33,448 nt of DNA from Polyangiaceae bacterium (GTDB lineage: Bacteria; Myxococcota_A; Polyangia; Polyangiales; Polyangiaceae): assembly GCA_033763455.1 (NCBI GenBank), contig JANRKO010000014.1:1-33448 (forward strand), written 5' to 3'. The notes beneath the pieces are model-generated. The model saw only the letters and a list, made by a program, of their open reading frames with translations, was not told where the DNA came from and searched no databases. Of the stretch, positions 8,336-17,083 are shown piece by piece; the first letter of the stretch is position 1; each line of letters begins with the position of its first letter. Made by a program: the position numbers and the translations under genes.

Positions 8336-9655
8336 TCACAACTTATTGGCCGCCAGATTGGCGAGCTCGCTGCGCTCACCCCGGCTGAGCATAATGTGCC
8401 CAACCAGATTCTCGCCCCGCAAACGATCAGCCGCCACTGTAAGGCCGTTGGTTGCGCTATCCACATACGGATTATCGATCTGGTACGGGTCGCCTGTGAG
8501 CACAATCTTGGTGCCCTCGCCGCAGCGTGTGACGATGGTCTTCACCTCGTGCGGCGTGAGGTTCTGTGCTTCGTCCACGATCACATATTGTGACGGCAAA
8601 GAGCGCCCGCGAATGTAGGTGAGAGGCTCTACCTGCACTTGCCCTCCCGAAAACAAGTCGTCGATGCCCTTGAGCCCACGGCGGCGAGCGCCGCCTGCTA
8701 CCAAGAGAAAATCGAGATTGTCGTAGATAGGCTGCATCCAGGGGTTGAGCTTTTCCTCCACGGCACCAGGCAAATAGCCCAAATCACGCCCCAAAGGCAT
8801 GATGGGGCGGCTCACCAAAAGGCGCGTGTACACGCCGTCTTCCAGGGTGCGGCGCAGGCCCGCCGCCAAAGCGAGCAGCGTTTTACCCGTGCCCGCTTTG
8901 CCCACGATGGTTACTAAGCGCACCGAATCATCCATCAGCAGATCCAGCGCGAACGTTTGCTCCTTGTTGCGTGGGCGCACACCCATGATGCCTTCTTTGG
9001 GCACCTGCAGGGGGCGCACGCGCCCTTCGGCTACATTGTAACGGCCGAGTGCCGTACGCTGCTTCGGAGAATCATCGCGTAAGAGCACCGAAAGGTTCGA
9101 GTAAAGGCCCTCTTTGCCGCCGTGATCCAGGCCAGCTTGCGTATAGAACGAATCCATCTGCTCACTGGTAATTGGAAGCTCAACAATCCCCGTGTCGAGA
9201 TGTTCAATATCGACCGCTTGATTTTCGTAAACTTCCGTCACCAGTCCGAACGCATCGGCGCGAATTCGGAGGTTCACGTCCATAGTCACGAAAATCGTAG
9301 GTTGCTCGGGCGATTGATCCCGCAACTCCAAGGCTGCCTGCAAAATCGCGTGATCACCGGAACTCGGGCGCAGCGCCATCGTTACTTCCGGGCGGCGAGC
9401 AGGCACGTAAACGCGCAAGGTACCGCCTTGATCACCTATCGGGACGCCAGCCGAAAGCGAGCCCTTCGAGCGCTGGGCGTCAATCACCCTGGAGACGGCG
9501 CGGGCATTTCTGCCGCGTTCATTCGACTCTCGTTTGAACGTGTCAATCTCCTCGATCACGTAGATCGGGATAACTAGGTCGTTCTCCTCGAATTTAAAGA
9601 TCGCGTTGGGATCGTGCAGAAGTACGTTGGTGTCGAGGATGAAGGTTTTCTTCAT
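8336..9655 (-). CDS. PIN-PhoH fusion protein (PhoH2/YlaK-like RNase-ATPase)
   Basis: N-terminal PIN (FILDTNVLLHDP, VIEEID, DVNLRIRA); Walker A GKAGTGKT; RDLGYLPG..EEKLNPWMQPIYD; YIRGRS, VDEAQNLT, LTGDPYQID. Confidence 0.95.
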   Translation of the reverse strand: MKKTFILDTNVLLHDPNAIFKFEENDLVIPIYVIEEIDTFKRESNERGRNARAVSRVIDAQRSKGSLSAGVPIGDQGGTLRVYVPARRPEVTMALRPSSGDHAILQAALELRDQSPEQPTIFVTMDVNLRIRADAFGLVTEVYENQAVDIEHLDTGIVELPITSEQMDSFYTQAGLDHGGKEGLYSNLSVLLRDDSPKQRTALGRYNVAEGRVRPLQVPKEGIMGVRPRNKEQTFALDLLMDDSVRLVTIVGKAGTGKTLLALAAGLRRTLEDGVYTRLLVSRPIMPLGRDLGYLPGAVEEKLNPWMQPIYDNLDFLLVAGGARRRGLKGIDDLFSGGQVQVEPLTYIRGRSLPSQYVIVDEAQNLTPHEVKTIVTRCGEGTKIVLTGDPYQIDNPYVDSATNGLTVAADRLRGENLVGHIMLSRGERSELANLAANKL

Positions 9656-9705
9656 AGGGTAGTTTTCACTTGACCCCGAGCACCAACAGAGATTGGCTCT
9701 CGCCC

Positions 9706-10746
9706 ATGCGGCGACAGCTTTCTAAAGGGTTCCAAGCTCTGTTCACGGGGCTTTTGCTATGCTGCGGTTTGAAGTGCGCCGGCCCGGTGGTTCAACAGAA
9801 GCCGTCGGACCCAACCTCACAGGTAACCCGAGTTCCGAGAGCCGTGCAAGCACACGCGTTGCCCGAGGTGGGACCGCCTCCGCAAATGCCGGCTGACGGC
9901 GGAAAACCACAGGCATCTTTGCCCGCGCCACCACCGCTTCCAGCGTTGCACCTGCCGCAGTTCGAACAGGAGATGAAGTGCGACAAGGTGGTGTGTTCAC
10001 TTTCCAGCGTAGTGCCTACCCGGGAGTTCACCCATGCAGCACACGCGAAAGCCGCTCCCAACGCTGCTTTGTGGGTGTACCAAATCCAGGAAAACTCAAC
10101 CGTGGTCTTTCCTGAGAACCATGCCGTAGAGCTCTACGCTCTGGTGCTCAAAGGCAGCCTTGCTGTCTCTTCGCCCCAAGCAGAAACGGCCACCTTGGAA
10201 GAGTGGTCGGTGGCTCAAGCGGAAGGCGCGGGTATCAGCCTGAGCGCCGCTACAGCTTCCACCGTAGCGATCGCGGTGGTCTCCAAAGCTGGGCCGCTAG
10301 ATGCCGCTATTGCCGAGTCGAATCGCTTAAGCAGGCACCATCGTGGCCGTGCCACAATGCGCGTAGTGGAGCTGCGCGAATTGCCCGTTGTGGCCTGGGG
10401 CAACAATAGGTTTTCTGCAAGGTTGGCCTTCGGCGGCGAAGCCACGCTTCCCAGCGTGGCAAGCTTTGGGATTCTTGGCGCCGACGCCCAAGGAGCCATA
10501 CCCACGAACGTGCATGCCACCGAATGGGAACATCTGGTCGTGCTTTCCGGGGAAGGCAGCATAAGCCTAGGTCAAAGCAGCTATCCTGTGCGCCCGGGAA
10601 GTGTCATCCAGATCGAGCCAGGCCTCACGCACTCATTCAGCCCTTCGGGAACTCAGCCGCTTTTGGCTGTTCAACTCTTTTCCGCAAAAGGCCCTGAGCT
10701 GCGCTACTTGGAACTTTCCCGCGGCGCGCCAAGTGGGCGAAAGTAG
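9706..10746 (+). CDS. Exported (probable lipoprotein) bicupin-domain protein
   Basis: Basic N-terminus, hydrophobic stretch and Cys (LLLCCGLKC), Pro-rich linker, then two cupin motifs (FPENHAVELYALVLKG; NVHATEWEHLVVLSGEG..PGSVIQIEPGLTHSF). ATG 9706 preferred over TTG 9670. Confidence 0.7.
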   Translation: MRRQLSKGFQALFTGLLLCCGLKCAGPVVQQKPSDPTSQVTRVPRAVQAHALPEVGPPPQMPADGGKPQASLPAPPPLPALHLPQFEQEMKCDKVVCSLSSVVPTREFTHAAHAKAAPNAALWVYQIQENSTVVFPENHAVELYALVLKGSLAVSSPQAETATLEEWSVAQAEGAGISLSAATASTVAIAVVSKAGPLDAAIAESNRLSRHHRGRATMRVVELRELPVVAWGNNRFSARLAFGGEATLPSVASFGILGADAQGAIPTNVHATEWEHLVVLSGEGSISLGQSSYPVRPGSVIQIEPGLTHSFSPSGTQPLLAVQLFSAKGPELRYLELSRGAPSGRK

Positions 10747-10768
10747 CGGGTTCAGCTAGGCTGCCCAC

Positions 10769-13123
10769 GTGCCGAAAAGGCTCCGATTCTTTTGGCTCCC
10801 CTTAGCCGTCATAGTGTACGTGTGCTTCGCTGCGGCAGAAGCGAGTGGAGGTTTTCTGCCGTGGGTTGCACTCGGGCTCATCCCTTTCGGGCTCGCTGAG
10901 CTCTGGCGGCGCGTCCTCCGCGGCGATGAACCGAGTGGTTCGATTGAGGAGAAGGCTAAGCAGGCGGTCCTAGCCACGCTGTTTGGGATAGCGCTGTGGT
11001 TGGCGGCTCGTACCGGCCCCGCGGGACGCCCGGTGTTCGACGCGATGGCCAACGTGGCAACCGGTATTGCAGCGACAGCCGGGCTCGTCGCGTTGGCAAG
11101 GATCAGAGGCCAAGGGGGGTTGTTAGTTCCAAAACCTGCGACTGCTTCGCTCGACGCCGCCGCTTTTACCGCCATGCTTTGGGCGGTTGCCGTCGCCTTA
11201 CCTGGTTCGCGCGCGGTTGCACCGGAACTCTTTCGCGTAGATCCACTTGCCATCGACTACGCCACGACGACGGCGGCGCTTGGCACTCTGCTCGTGTACC
11301 TCGCGACAACCTGGCGGCTCCGGATCTTGCGTCGCTACGAGCTTGGCGTTGGAGATCGAGCGCTTGGGGCCTGGGCGTTGGCGCTTTCCGTTTTCGGTGT
11401 GGCCATTCCAGCGGCCTTCCTCGACGTCGGGCCACCGGACCGTGTACTGCCCGTAGCGGTGCTCGTGGGGGCCGCTTGTGCCGCCTGGACCGCCACTACC
11501 TCGGAGCCTACGCACGTAGCAACGGTGTTGCGAGGAACACTCGCCGTTATGCTGCCGGGAGTGCCGCTGCTCCTCGCTGCGGGTGTGCTCACGCGGCAAT
11601 ACCCAGAACATGGAAGCACGATCCTGCTCGCAACGCTTCCCCTCGCAACCACCATCGGCTTGATCGCACGCGCTGTCGCCAAACCGCTCGGGCCGCAACA
11701 ATCTCGCTGGCTAGAAGCCATTGATGCAGCCAGCCGAGGAGCGCTTGAACCAGAGCCCGATGCGGCAATTCGAGCGGCACTCTTGGCGCTCAACCAGGCA
11801 ACCCACGTTGTCGGAAATCGACCTGAGCTTTGGCGCGCCGACCCACCACAGGTACTCAGCGTAGACCGCGCCGGGTACCTGAACACCGAAACATCCAGCG
11901 CCCCCGAACGGCTACACGAATTGGCGCTCGCAGAGCCCGAGCGCACCCTGCGCCGAGAAGCTCTTGATGCAGCGCAGATCCGCTTTCCTGAGGTTCGCCC
12001 CATTCTCGCGTGGTTTGACGCCCGCCGCGCCTTCTCAGCAACACTCATCGTGGACGTAGATGGCGCCCTCGGGTTCCTGCTACTGCCGCAAGGCAATCGC
12101 ACGGCACCCATGACACTCGAAGAGGCTCGAGCTGTGCGCATCTTGGCGGATCGAATGAGCGCCTTGCTCGCCATTTCTTCTGCTTTGGCTCGTTCTCGCG
12201 AACGAGAACTCGCGGCGCATAAGGCGGCAAAAGAGAGCCAGGAGAACGCCGAACGCCTCGCGCAAATCGTCGCACGAAGCGCTGAACGCAACGCCCTGGT
12301 CGCCCGGAGCGCGCAGGGGGAGCTGACTCGCTCTACATACAGCTCTGAGGCAAAACGCGCTCTCCACGACTTGATCTCGCTCGGCCGGAAAAACGTTAAC
12401 CTGTTTGCGCAGGCCGCAGCGGGGCTCGACGCCGCCGCGTGGCTTGCTGTGGCGCATCTTGCAAGCCCACGCAAAGGGGGAGCCTGGGTCGCCATTGATG
12501 GCGCTAGCGGAGAAGCTCACAAGAGCGAGTATTGGAACAACTCTGAGCTTTCCCCTTTGGCTCTCGTGGACGGTGGCACGCTCGTGATCACCAACGCGCC
12601 GTCTCTGCCTGGGCCGATCCAGGAACAGCTGGCCCAATGGATCACCCAGCAAGCCGCGCGGCAAGGCTCAGAAATCCCCCACGCCCGAGTTTACCTAACG
12701 GCACCTATTTCGCTTCAAGAGGCCGTAGAGACAGGCGCACTCATAAAAACGTTAGCGCGCGCCTTCGACGAGGGGTTCGTCGAACTGCCATCGCTCGCCG
12801 AACGCCCCGAAGATCTGCGTTCGATCATTCTCGGTCACCTGGCTCGCTTTGGAATGGGTCTACACCGTGAACCGCTCGGCCTAGACGAAGCGGCGCTGCG
12901 TGCGTTGATTGAGCATTCCTGGCCGGCAAACGATCTTGAGCTTACCGCTGTTTTGCTGCGTGCGACGTTGGCTTGCCAAAGCACCACGCTTTGCCTCCGC
13001 GATCTACTCGATTCCGGATTCAACCCGCACGCTGGGCTTGAGCTTGCTGAGGCCGACGAGCCAAAAGGGCCTATTCCGAGTGAGCCTCCGCGGGTGCGGC
13101 GACGCGTGGCGCGAACCCGCTAA
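10769..13123 (+). CDS. Multi-pass membrane protein with a GAF-like region and a degenerate sigma54-activator AAA+ domain
   Basis: About 9-10 hydrophobic segments in the first 300 aa; GAF-like LGFLLL..MTLEEARAVRILA; bEBP-like remnants HLASPRKGGAWVAID, DGGTLVI, LPSLAERPEDL, HSWPANDLEL. Confidence 0.75.
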   Translation: MPKRLRFFWLPLAVIVYVCFAAAEASGGFLPWVALGLIPFGLAELWRRVLRGDEPSGSIEEKAKQAVLATLFGIALWLAARTGPAGRPVFDAMANVATGIAATAGLVALARIRGQGGLLVPKPATASLDAAAFTAMLWAVAVALPGSRAVAPELFRVDPLAIDYATTTAALGTLLVYLATTWRLRILRRYELGVGDRALGAWALALSVFGVAIPAAFLDVGPPDRVLPVAVLVGAACAAWTATTSEPTHVATVLRGTLAVMLPGVPLLLAAGVLTRQYPEHGSTILLATLPLATTIGLIARAVAKPLGPQQSRWLEAIDAASRGALEPEPDAAIRAALLALNQATHVVGNRPELWRADPPQVLSVDRAGYLNTETSSAPERLHELALAEPERTLRREALDAAQIRFPEVRPILAWFDARRAFSATLIVDVDGALGFLLLPQGNRTAPMTLEEARAVRILADRMSALLAISSALARSRERELAAHKAAKESQENAERLAQIVARSAERNALVARSAQGELTRSTYSSEAKRALHDLISLGRKNVNLFAQAAAGLDAAAWLAVAHLASPRKGGAWVAIDGASGEAHKSEYWNNSELSPLALVDGGTLVITNAPSLPGPIQEQLAQWITQQAARQGSEIPHARVYLTAPISLQEAVETGALIKTLARAFDEGFVELPSLAERPEDLRSIILGHLARFGMGLHREPLGLDEAALRALIEHSWPANDLELTAVLLRATLACQSTTLCLRDLLDSGFNPHAGLELAEADEPKGPIPSEPPRVRRRVARTR

Positions 13124-13180
13124 GTTTGGAGCCCAAGCTTTACGCACCCGCGCCTAGGGGGTTAGCCTAGCCCCTTCGCT

Positions 13181-16100
13181 ATGAGTTCCGGACTTCCACT
13201 CGATCGCCGCGTTGGGGAACGCTTTGTCGTTGAAAAGGAAGTCGGTCGTGGCGGCGCTGGCATCGTGTACCGAGCGTTCGATTTAGTTACCGGAGGCTAC
13301 ACGGCGCTCAAGGTGATCGACGCCGAGTTCGGCACAGCCGTGGCCGAGGAGTCAGCGCTCGCCCGGGAGGGCAAGCTCCTAAGTGAGCTCGATCACCCGG
13401 CAATCGTGAAAACCATCGCCTATGGGTTCTTCGAAGAAACAGGGCGCCCCTTCATCGCCATGGAGTGGCTTGAGGGTGAGGACCTCGCGCGGCGTCAGAA
13501 GCGGGATCCGCTCAGTATGCGGCAGGCCATCCAGCTGACACTTCTGGTCGCCGATGCCCTTGAATATGCTCACGAAGCAGGCGTAATCCACCAAGACATC
13601 AAGCCCGGAAATATTTTCCTTTGCTCAACGCCCCAACCGGCTCTCGACCTCGACTTCTTCCCGAAGCTTGTAGATTTCGGCGTAGCGGCAGCACGCGGCA
13701 TTCAAGTAACGCAAGCCGGTGATGTCGTCGGCACCCCCGCCTACATGGCGCCTGAGCAAGCGCGTTGCGATGGCTCTGTGGACGCTCGCTCAGACATCTA
13801 CTCGCTTGGTGCCACGCTCTTCGAATTGATCTCGGGCCGTCCACCACACGTGGGGCCAACCGCGATTGCTACGTTGGCACGCTTGGTGACAACTCCGCCG
13901 CCGCGCCTGAGTGAATTGCGAAGTGGGGTTTCGCCGAAGCTCGACGATCTGGTGAGTCAAATGCTCTCCACTGAGCGAGCCGAACGCCCCGGTTCGATAC
14001 GAGAAGTTGCCGAGGTTTTGCTGGAGATTCTCAGCGAAGAAGGCCAAATCAGTTGGGTTGATGTCTCGGATCCGGGAGTTTCAACGAGGCTGGGCTCCGG
14101 GGCTTCGCGCCTGATCACGTCTATCGTGGCCCTCGGCTTCGATAAAGCTTCCTCGCGTGAACGCGCACTCGAACATCTGCGCCAACGCACTGCCACCGCT
14201 GTGCCTCTTGGCCAACAGTCCATCGTCGCACACTTAGGAGTTGAGCTCGCTGTGGGCAATGAAGCGCACGTGGCGCTCGAATTGGCTCGCCGTCTAGCAC
14301 GAAGTGGAGCGCGGGTGGGCGTTGCAAGTGGGCGTGCGCGCCTCAACTGGGCATCGCCGCATGGCCGAGTGTTGCCTGTCGGGGAAGTGGTGGATCGGGC
14401 GGCGGCCCTTGCCCGCGATGCCGAACCCGGTACCGCCGTTGCGGACGTGACCACCAGTGAACTGGGACGCGGTCGTTACGAATTCCGAGCGCGCGATGAT
14501 GGTTCAGCGCTCGTGGGTGAACCTGCGCGCGGCCCGCGCACCACCAGCGGGGCGCCGTTTGTGGGCCGAGATCCGGAACTTGCGCAGATATTGTCGGCAT
14601 TTGAACGTACCACGTCAGACTGCACTCCGGTTTTGGTAACGGTTACCGGGCCCCCGGGGATCGGCAAAACGCGCCTCCGACGTGAAGTCTTGTCGCGCAT
14701 GGCAGCCCATGCGCACGCACCGCATGTGATTCTTCAGCGGAGTGAGGCCTACGCCCGCGGTCACGCGCTCGGTGCCGCCGCGGACGTTTTGCGCGCTATC
14801 ATCGATTTGCCCAAAGGTGCTTCTCCGGACGAAGCAGAATCTGCGATTGTTGCCCGCCTCGGGCCTGCCACACGCAGTGAGCTTACGACGGCGAATCGCG
14901 AAGTGTTGTCACGTTTGTTGGCCAACGAGCCTCTACCTCCCGGCGCTGACCCACGCGGAGCACGCGACGTGTTGTGGCTCGCCATGACCGATCTTGTGCT
15001 CCAGTTCATCCACAAACAGCCCACCGCCATTGTGATGGAAGATCTGCAATGGGCCGACCCAGAAAGCATTGGGTGGCTCGATCACATGCTGGGGCGAGCA
15101 ACTTCCCAGCCGCTTCTGGTAATGGGGCTGATTCGCCCAGGTTTCTGGGGCGATCACGGGGCTCGTTTCGCGGGAAGAGACCACGTGCGTGTGGAGCTCC
15201 GCCCGATCTCCAAGCGTTCCACTCGCAACATTGTGCGGAGCCTTCTCGGCGAAAATGCCTCAGAAACGCTGGTTGAAGTCATCGCTGAGCGCTCTTCTGG
15301 GCTCCCGCTCTTTGCTGAAGAGCTTGCTCGCCTGGCTTCCACGGGAGAAAGCACGGCCCTGCCTCCCACTATCGAGGCAGCCATACAAGCAAGCTTGGAT
15401 ACGTTGGATGAGGAGTGCAGAGATGCCCTCGGACGCGTGAGTGTGCTGGGCCTCACGTGTTGGGATTCTGCGCTTGAAGCACTCGGCATGCCTCATTCCG
15501 AAGGCCTCATGAGCGCACTGGCCAGCGCCGAAGCGTTGGTGGAGCAGAACGGCTCAAGATTTTCGGGGCCGCGCGAATGGGTTTTTAAGCACGCACTCGT
15601 GCGTGACGTGGCCTATGGCGCTCTCGGTGAGCGTGAGCGGCAAGAGCTGCACGCTCTGGCCGCTCACTGGCTAGCATCCATGGGCGAAGATGCCGCCGTT
15701 GTGGCTGGTCATTTTGACTTGGGAGGGCAACATGAAGCGGCCGCTCGACACTGGGCCCGCGCGGCCGAGCGCGCCCTGGCGACCAACGCGCTTTCTGACG
15801 CAGTGAAGATGGCAGAGCGAGCTCTCACCTTTGCTTACGACAAGCCGAGTGGGTTCCAGCGAGCTAGCTACCTGGATGAGGCCTGGAGCCGGCTCGATCC
15901 ACGAGCCGCCGATCGCGAAACGGCTATTTTGGCGCTCGAAGAGAATGTCTACGACGAGCCCAGCGCCGTCTTAGCCAGTGGTGCCCGTGCACGCTTCGAT
16001 GACGCACGTGGCACCGGAATCGATATCGATGAACGGCTCGCCGACGCACGAGATAACGCCGCACGGCTCCACTTGCACGCCGAAGAAGCTCGCTGCTCTG

Positions 16101-17074
16101 CCGTGCTCGCGTCCCGTTTTGCCTTCGCGGGCAAATTCACGGAAGCCAACATCGAAGTCCGCCGGCTCCTCACCCTGGCAGAGAGCAACCAATTAAAATC
16201 TGCTGCTGTGGATGCATACCAGGCGCAAGCAATCGTGCGGCAGAGCCAAGGCGCGTTGAGCGCAGCACTCGAAGCGCGCCGCAACGCAGTCGTTGCGGCG
16301 CGGGGCGCGAGCCTAAAAGAGCGCGAAGCCATGCTCACCACCAATCTCGGCTTTGCTCTCACGACCATCGGCGCACGCCAGGAAGCACGCGCCGCTTTAG
16401 AAGCTGGGCTTGCGTTGGCTGACGCCATCGGTAGCGGAGGTGCCGTCCGCCACGCGCAAATGAACCTGCTCGGCTGGACAGCAACATTCGGGTCAGATAG
16501 GCGCTTAGATGCCCATTTGGCGGATGCGCGTGCCGACGCCGATGCCTCCGCAAGTGGGGTTTGGGCGCCACCCGATCGAGCGAATTTGGGCATACTGTTC
16601 TATCGTGGGTGTGAGCTTCTGCGCGCCCATGCCGAAGGGGCGAACCACCGCGCGCTCGCTTTACTCAAGATGGCGGCAGAGGCCTATCGAGCTATGGGCC
16701 ACCGAGATGTGTTGCCTGTAGCACTTTCAATGTGGGCCGAGGCCGAACTCCGACACGATCGTGTGGCCCAAGCCCAAGCGCTTGCAAGCGAAGCCGCGGA
16801 ACTTGTAGATCAGGGGGCAGCAAGCCTACTCAACGAATCACAGGTTTATCTAGTGCTCCACAATGCGCTGCTCAGGCAAGAGCAGCCCGAAGCAGCAAGG
16901 CTCGCCGTTCAACGTGGCATGCAACCTCTTGTAAAGCGCGTTCACGGCTTGGCCGGAACCGCCTACGCGCGCCTATTTCTTACCGAGTTGCCGTCCAATG
17001 CGGCGCTCTTGGCGGCCGCGGAAGGGTACGGCCTCATTCCCGATGAGATCCAACGGCACCTAGAAGGCCGTTAA
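13181..17074 (+). CDS. Ser/Thr protein kinase with a cyclase-like remnant, STAND/AAA_16 ATPase and TPR-like C-terminus
   Basis: GRGGAGIVY, ALKVI, HQDIKPGN, LVDFG, GTPAYMAPEQ, SDIYSLG; PFVGRDPEL, Walker A GPPGIGKT, Walker B VMEDLQWAD, FKHALVRDVAY; helical repeats at the C-terminus. Confidence 0.93.
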   Translation: MSSGLPLDRRVGERFVVEKEVGRGGAGIVYRAFDLVTGGYTALKVIDAEFGTAVAEESALAREGKLLSELDHPAIVKTIAYGFFEETGRPFIAMEWLEGEDLARRQKRDPLSMRQAIQLTLLVADALEYAHEAGVIHQDIKPGNIFLCSTPQPALDLDFFPKLVDFGVAAARGIQVTQAGDVVGTPAYMAPEQARCDGSVDARSDIYSLGATLFELISGRPPHVGPTAIATLARLVTTPPPRLSELRSGVSPKLDDLVSQMLSTERAERPGSIREVAEVLLEILSEEGQISWVDVSDPGVSTRLGSGASRLITSIVALGFDKASSRERALEHLRQRTATAVPLGQQSIVAHLGVELAVGNEAHVALELARRLARSGARVGVASGRARLNWASPHGRVLPVGEVVDRAAALARDAEPGTAVADVTTSELGRGRYEFRARDDGSALVGEPARGPRTTSGAPFVGRDPELAQILSAFERTTSDCTPVLVTVTGPPGIGKTRLRREVLSRMAAHAHAPHVILQRSEAYARGHALGAAADVLRAIIDLPKGASPDEAESAIVARLGPATRSELTTANREVLSRLLANEPLPPGADPRGARDVLWLAMTDLVLQFIHKQPTAIVMEDLQWADPESIGWLDHMLGRATSQPLLVMGLIRPGFWGDHGARFAGRDHVRVELRPISKRSTRNIVRSLLGENASETLVEVIAERSSGLPLFAEELARLASTGESTALPPTIEAAIQASLDTLDEECRDALGRVSVLGLTCWDSALEALGMPHSEGLMSALASAEALVEQNGSRFSGPREWVFKHALVRDVAYGALGERERQELHALAAHWLASMGEDAAVVAGHFDLGGQHEAAARHWARAAERALATNALSDAVKMAERALTFAYDKPSGFQRASYLDEAWSRLDPRAADRETAILALEENVYDEPSAVLASGARARFDDARGTGIDIDERLADARDNAARLHLHAEEARCSAVLASRFAFAGKFTEANIEVRRLLTLAESNQLKSAAVDAYQAQAIVRQSQGALSAALEARRNAVVAARGASLKEREAMLTTNLGFALTTIGARQEARAALEAGLALADAIGSGGAVRHAQMNLLGWTATFGSDRRLDAHLADARADADASASGVWAPPDRANLGILFYRGCELLRAHAEGANHRALALLKMAAEAYRAMGHRDVLPVALSMWAEAELRHDRVAQAQALASEAAELVDQGAASLLNESQVYLVLHNALLRQEQPEAARLAVQRGMQPLVKRVHGLAGTAYARLFLTELPSNAALLAAAEGYGLIPDEIQRHLEGR

Positions 17075-17083
17075 AGGCACTTA

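Noticed and set aside
11335..12495. 386-aa antisense ORF, and similar ones such as 7889-8593, 15949-16593 and 21771-22328
   Set aside because: They are Ala/Ser/Arg-rich shadow frames opposite well-supported genes in GC-rich DNA, with no motifs.
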